Source of the DNA: Fastidiosibacter lacustris
GTDB lineage: Bacteria > Pseudomonadota > Gammaproteobacteria > Francisellales > Francisellaceae
NCBI RefSeq assembly: GCF_003428155.1
Contig: NZ_QLIR01000006.1
Location: 30,001-62,000, forward strand
DNA: 32,000 nucleotides
Reading direction: 5' to 3'
Made by a program: the position numbers and the translations under genes. Positions 31,297 through 32,000 of the stretch are shown here, one piece after another. Numbering within the stretch: the first letter of the stretch is position 1; every line of letters begins with the position of its first letter. The notes below the pieces were generated by a model, which did no database searches, was not told where the DNA came from, and was given only the letters and a program-made list of their open reading frames with translations.

Positions 31297-32000
31297 TTAT
31301 ATGCTTACAGAGTCCGGAATGTAGGAACCAAATAAAGAAAAAATGAAATAGAGTGCGAAAAAACTCACAAAGCCAGCAATTGGCAGAAACGTGACCAAAA
31401 AATCTTTATCTAAGCCTTGCTCTTCTGCAAAAATAATTACCAAAAAACTTGGTGGTAAGCATGCACTAATCAAAATTACCATTTTTGCATAACCGGAAAC
31501 ATCAAAAAGTGAAACAAAAGCAAAAGCAATTCCATACCCCACTAGCATTTTTACAAATAGTGTCACTATAGACGGAAGCACATGTTTAGGGAAATATATG
31601 AAACGATATCCTAGGACAAACATAACCGCAGGTAAAATTAGATAACCAACGCTATTTAGCCCTTCGCTCAGGTAATAATTCATACCTCCAAAGATAAAAT
31701 GTATAAGCAGACCACAAACTACTGAAAGAGGTATTGGACCTAAAAAGAAGCTTCGAATAAATTTAAAGGACATGTGCTGCTTCGTGCCATAATAACAAGT
31801 AATAAAATAATTGAAGGTAAAAAGAATAATTGCATGTGTGATATCAAAAACAAAGAAAGTCGGTAGCGCTGGAGATCCATACAACAATAACACCAATGCT
31901 AAACCAATACTCCCTCCTTCTAAAGACGAGAAAGCCGCTACAAAAGAACCAGCTTCTATAGGTTTAATTTTTCTAATCCTAATATAGGCTATTGATACCA
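31297..32000 (-). CDS. Auxin efflux carrier (AEC) family permease, 5'-partial (frame is open to the window edge)
   Basis: The frame upstream of 31896 continues as ...IKPIEAGSFVAAFSSLEGGSIGLALVLLLYGSPALPTFF with no stop to 32000; multiple transmembrane segments. Confidence 0.75.
   Translation of the reverse strand, partial: VSIAYIRIRKIKPIEAGSFVAAFSSLEGGSIGLALVLLLYGSPALPTFFVFDITHAIILFTFNYFITCYYGTKQHMSFKFIRSFFLGPIPLSVVCGLLIHFIFGGMNYYLSEGLNSVGYLILPAVMFVLGYRFIYFPKHVLPSIVTLFVKMLVGYGIAFAFVSLFDVSGYAKMVILISACLPPSFLVIIFAEEQGLDKDFLVTFLPIAGFVSFFALYFIFSLFGSYIPDSVSI

Overview
AT-rich gammaproteobacterial chromosomal window. The gene set and the LbtU/DUF3573-like porin suggest a Francisella/Fastidiosibacter/Legionella-like organism; that placement is inference. 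About 26 kb (5.9-32 kb) is core or near-core: uvrA, a response regulator/histidine kinase/membrane protein operon, a CDF transporter, tRNA-Asn(GUU), cupin-yaiI-hisS, a TPR/Sel1-like protein, an MMPL exporter, ddl-ftsQ-ftsA-ftsZ, polA, htpG, a WxWxIP flavoenzyme, a porin, and a partial AEC permease. The left 5.8 kb looks accessory. It holds two divergent gene sets around a 570-bp intergenic region rich in repeats and dyads. One is an abutting AurF-like diiron N-oxygenase plus arylamine N-acetyltransferase pair. The other is a compact XRE/S24-like regulator, nucleoside deaminase and VUT/YhhQ-family transporter operon, whose transporter is interrupted by one in-frame TAA. These two sets are the best candidates for an undescribed small metabolic or regulatory system. 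I found no CRISPR, RT, recombinase, toxin-antitoxin or clear phage module, and no new system can be proven from the sequence alone.
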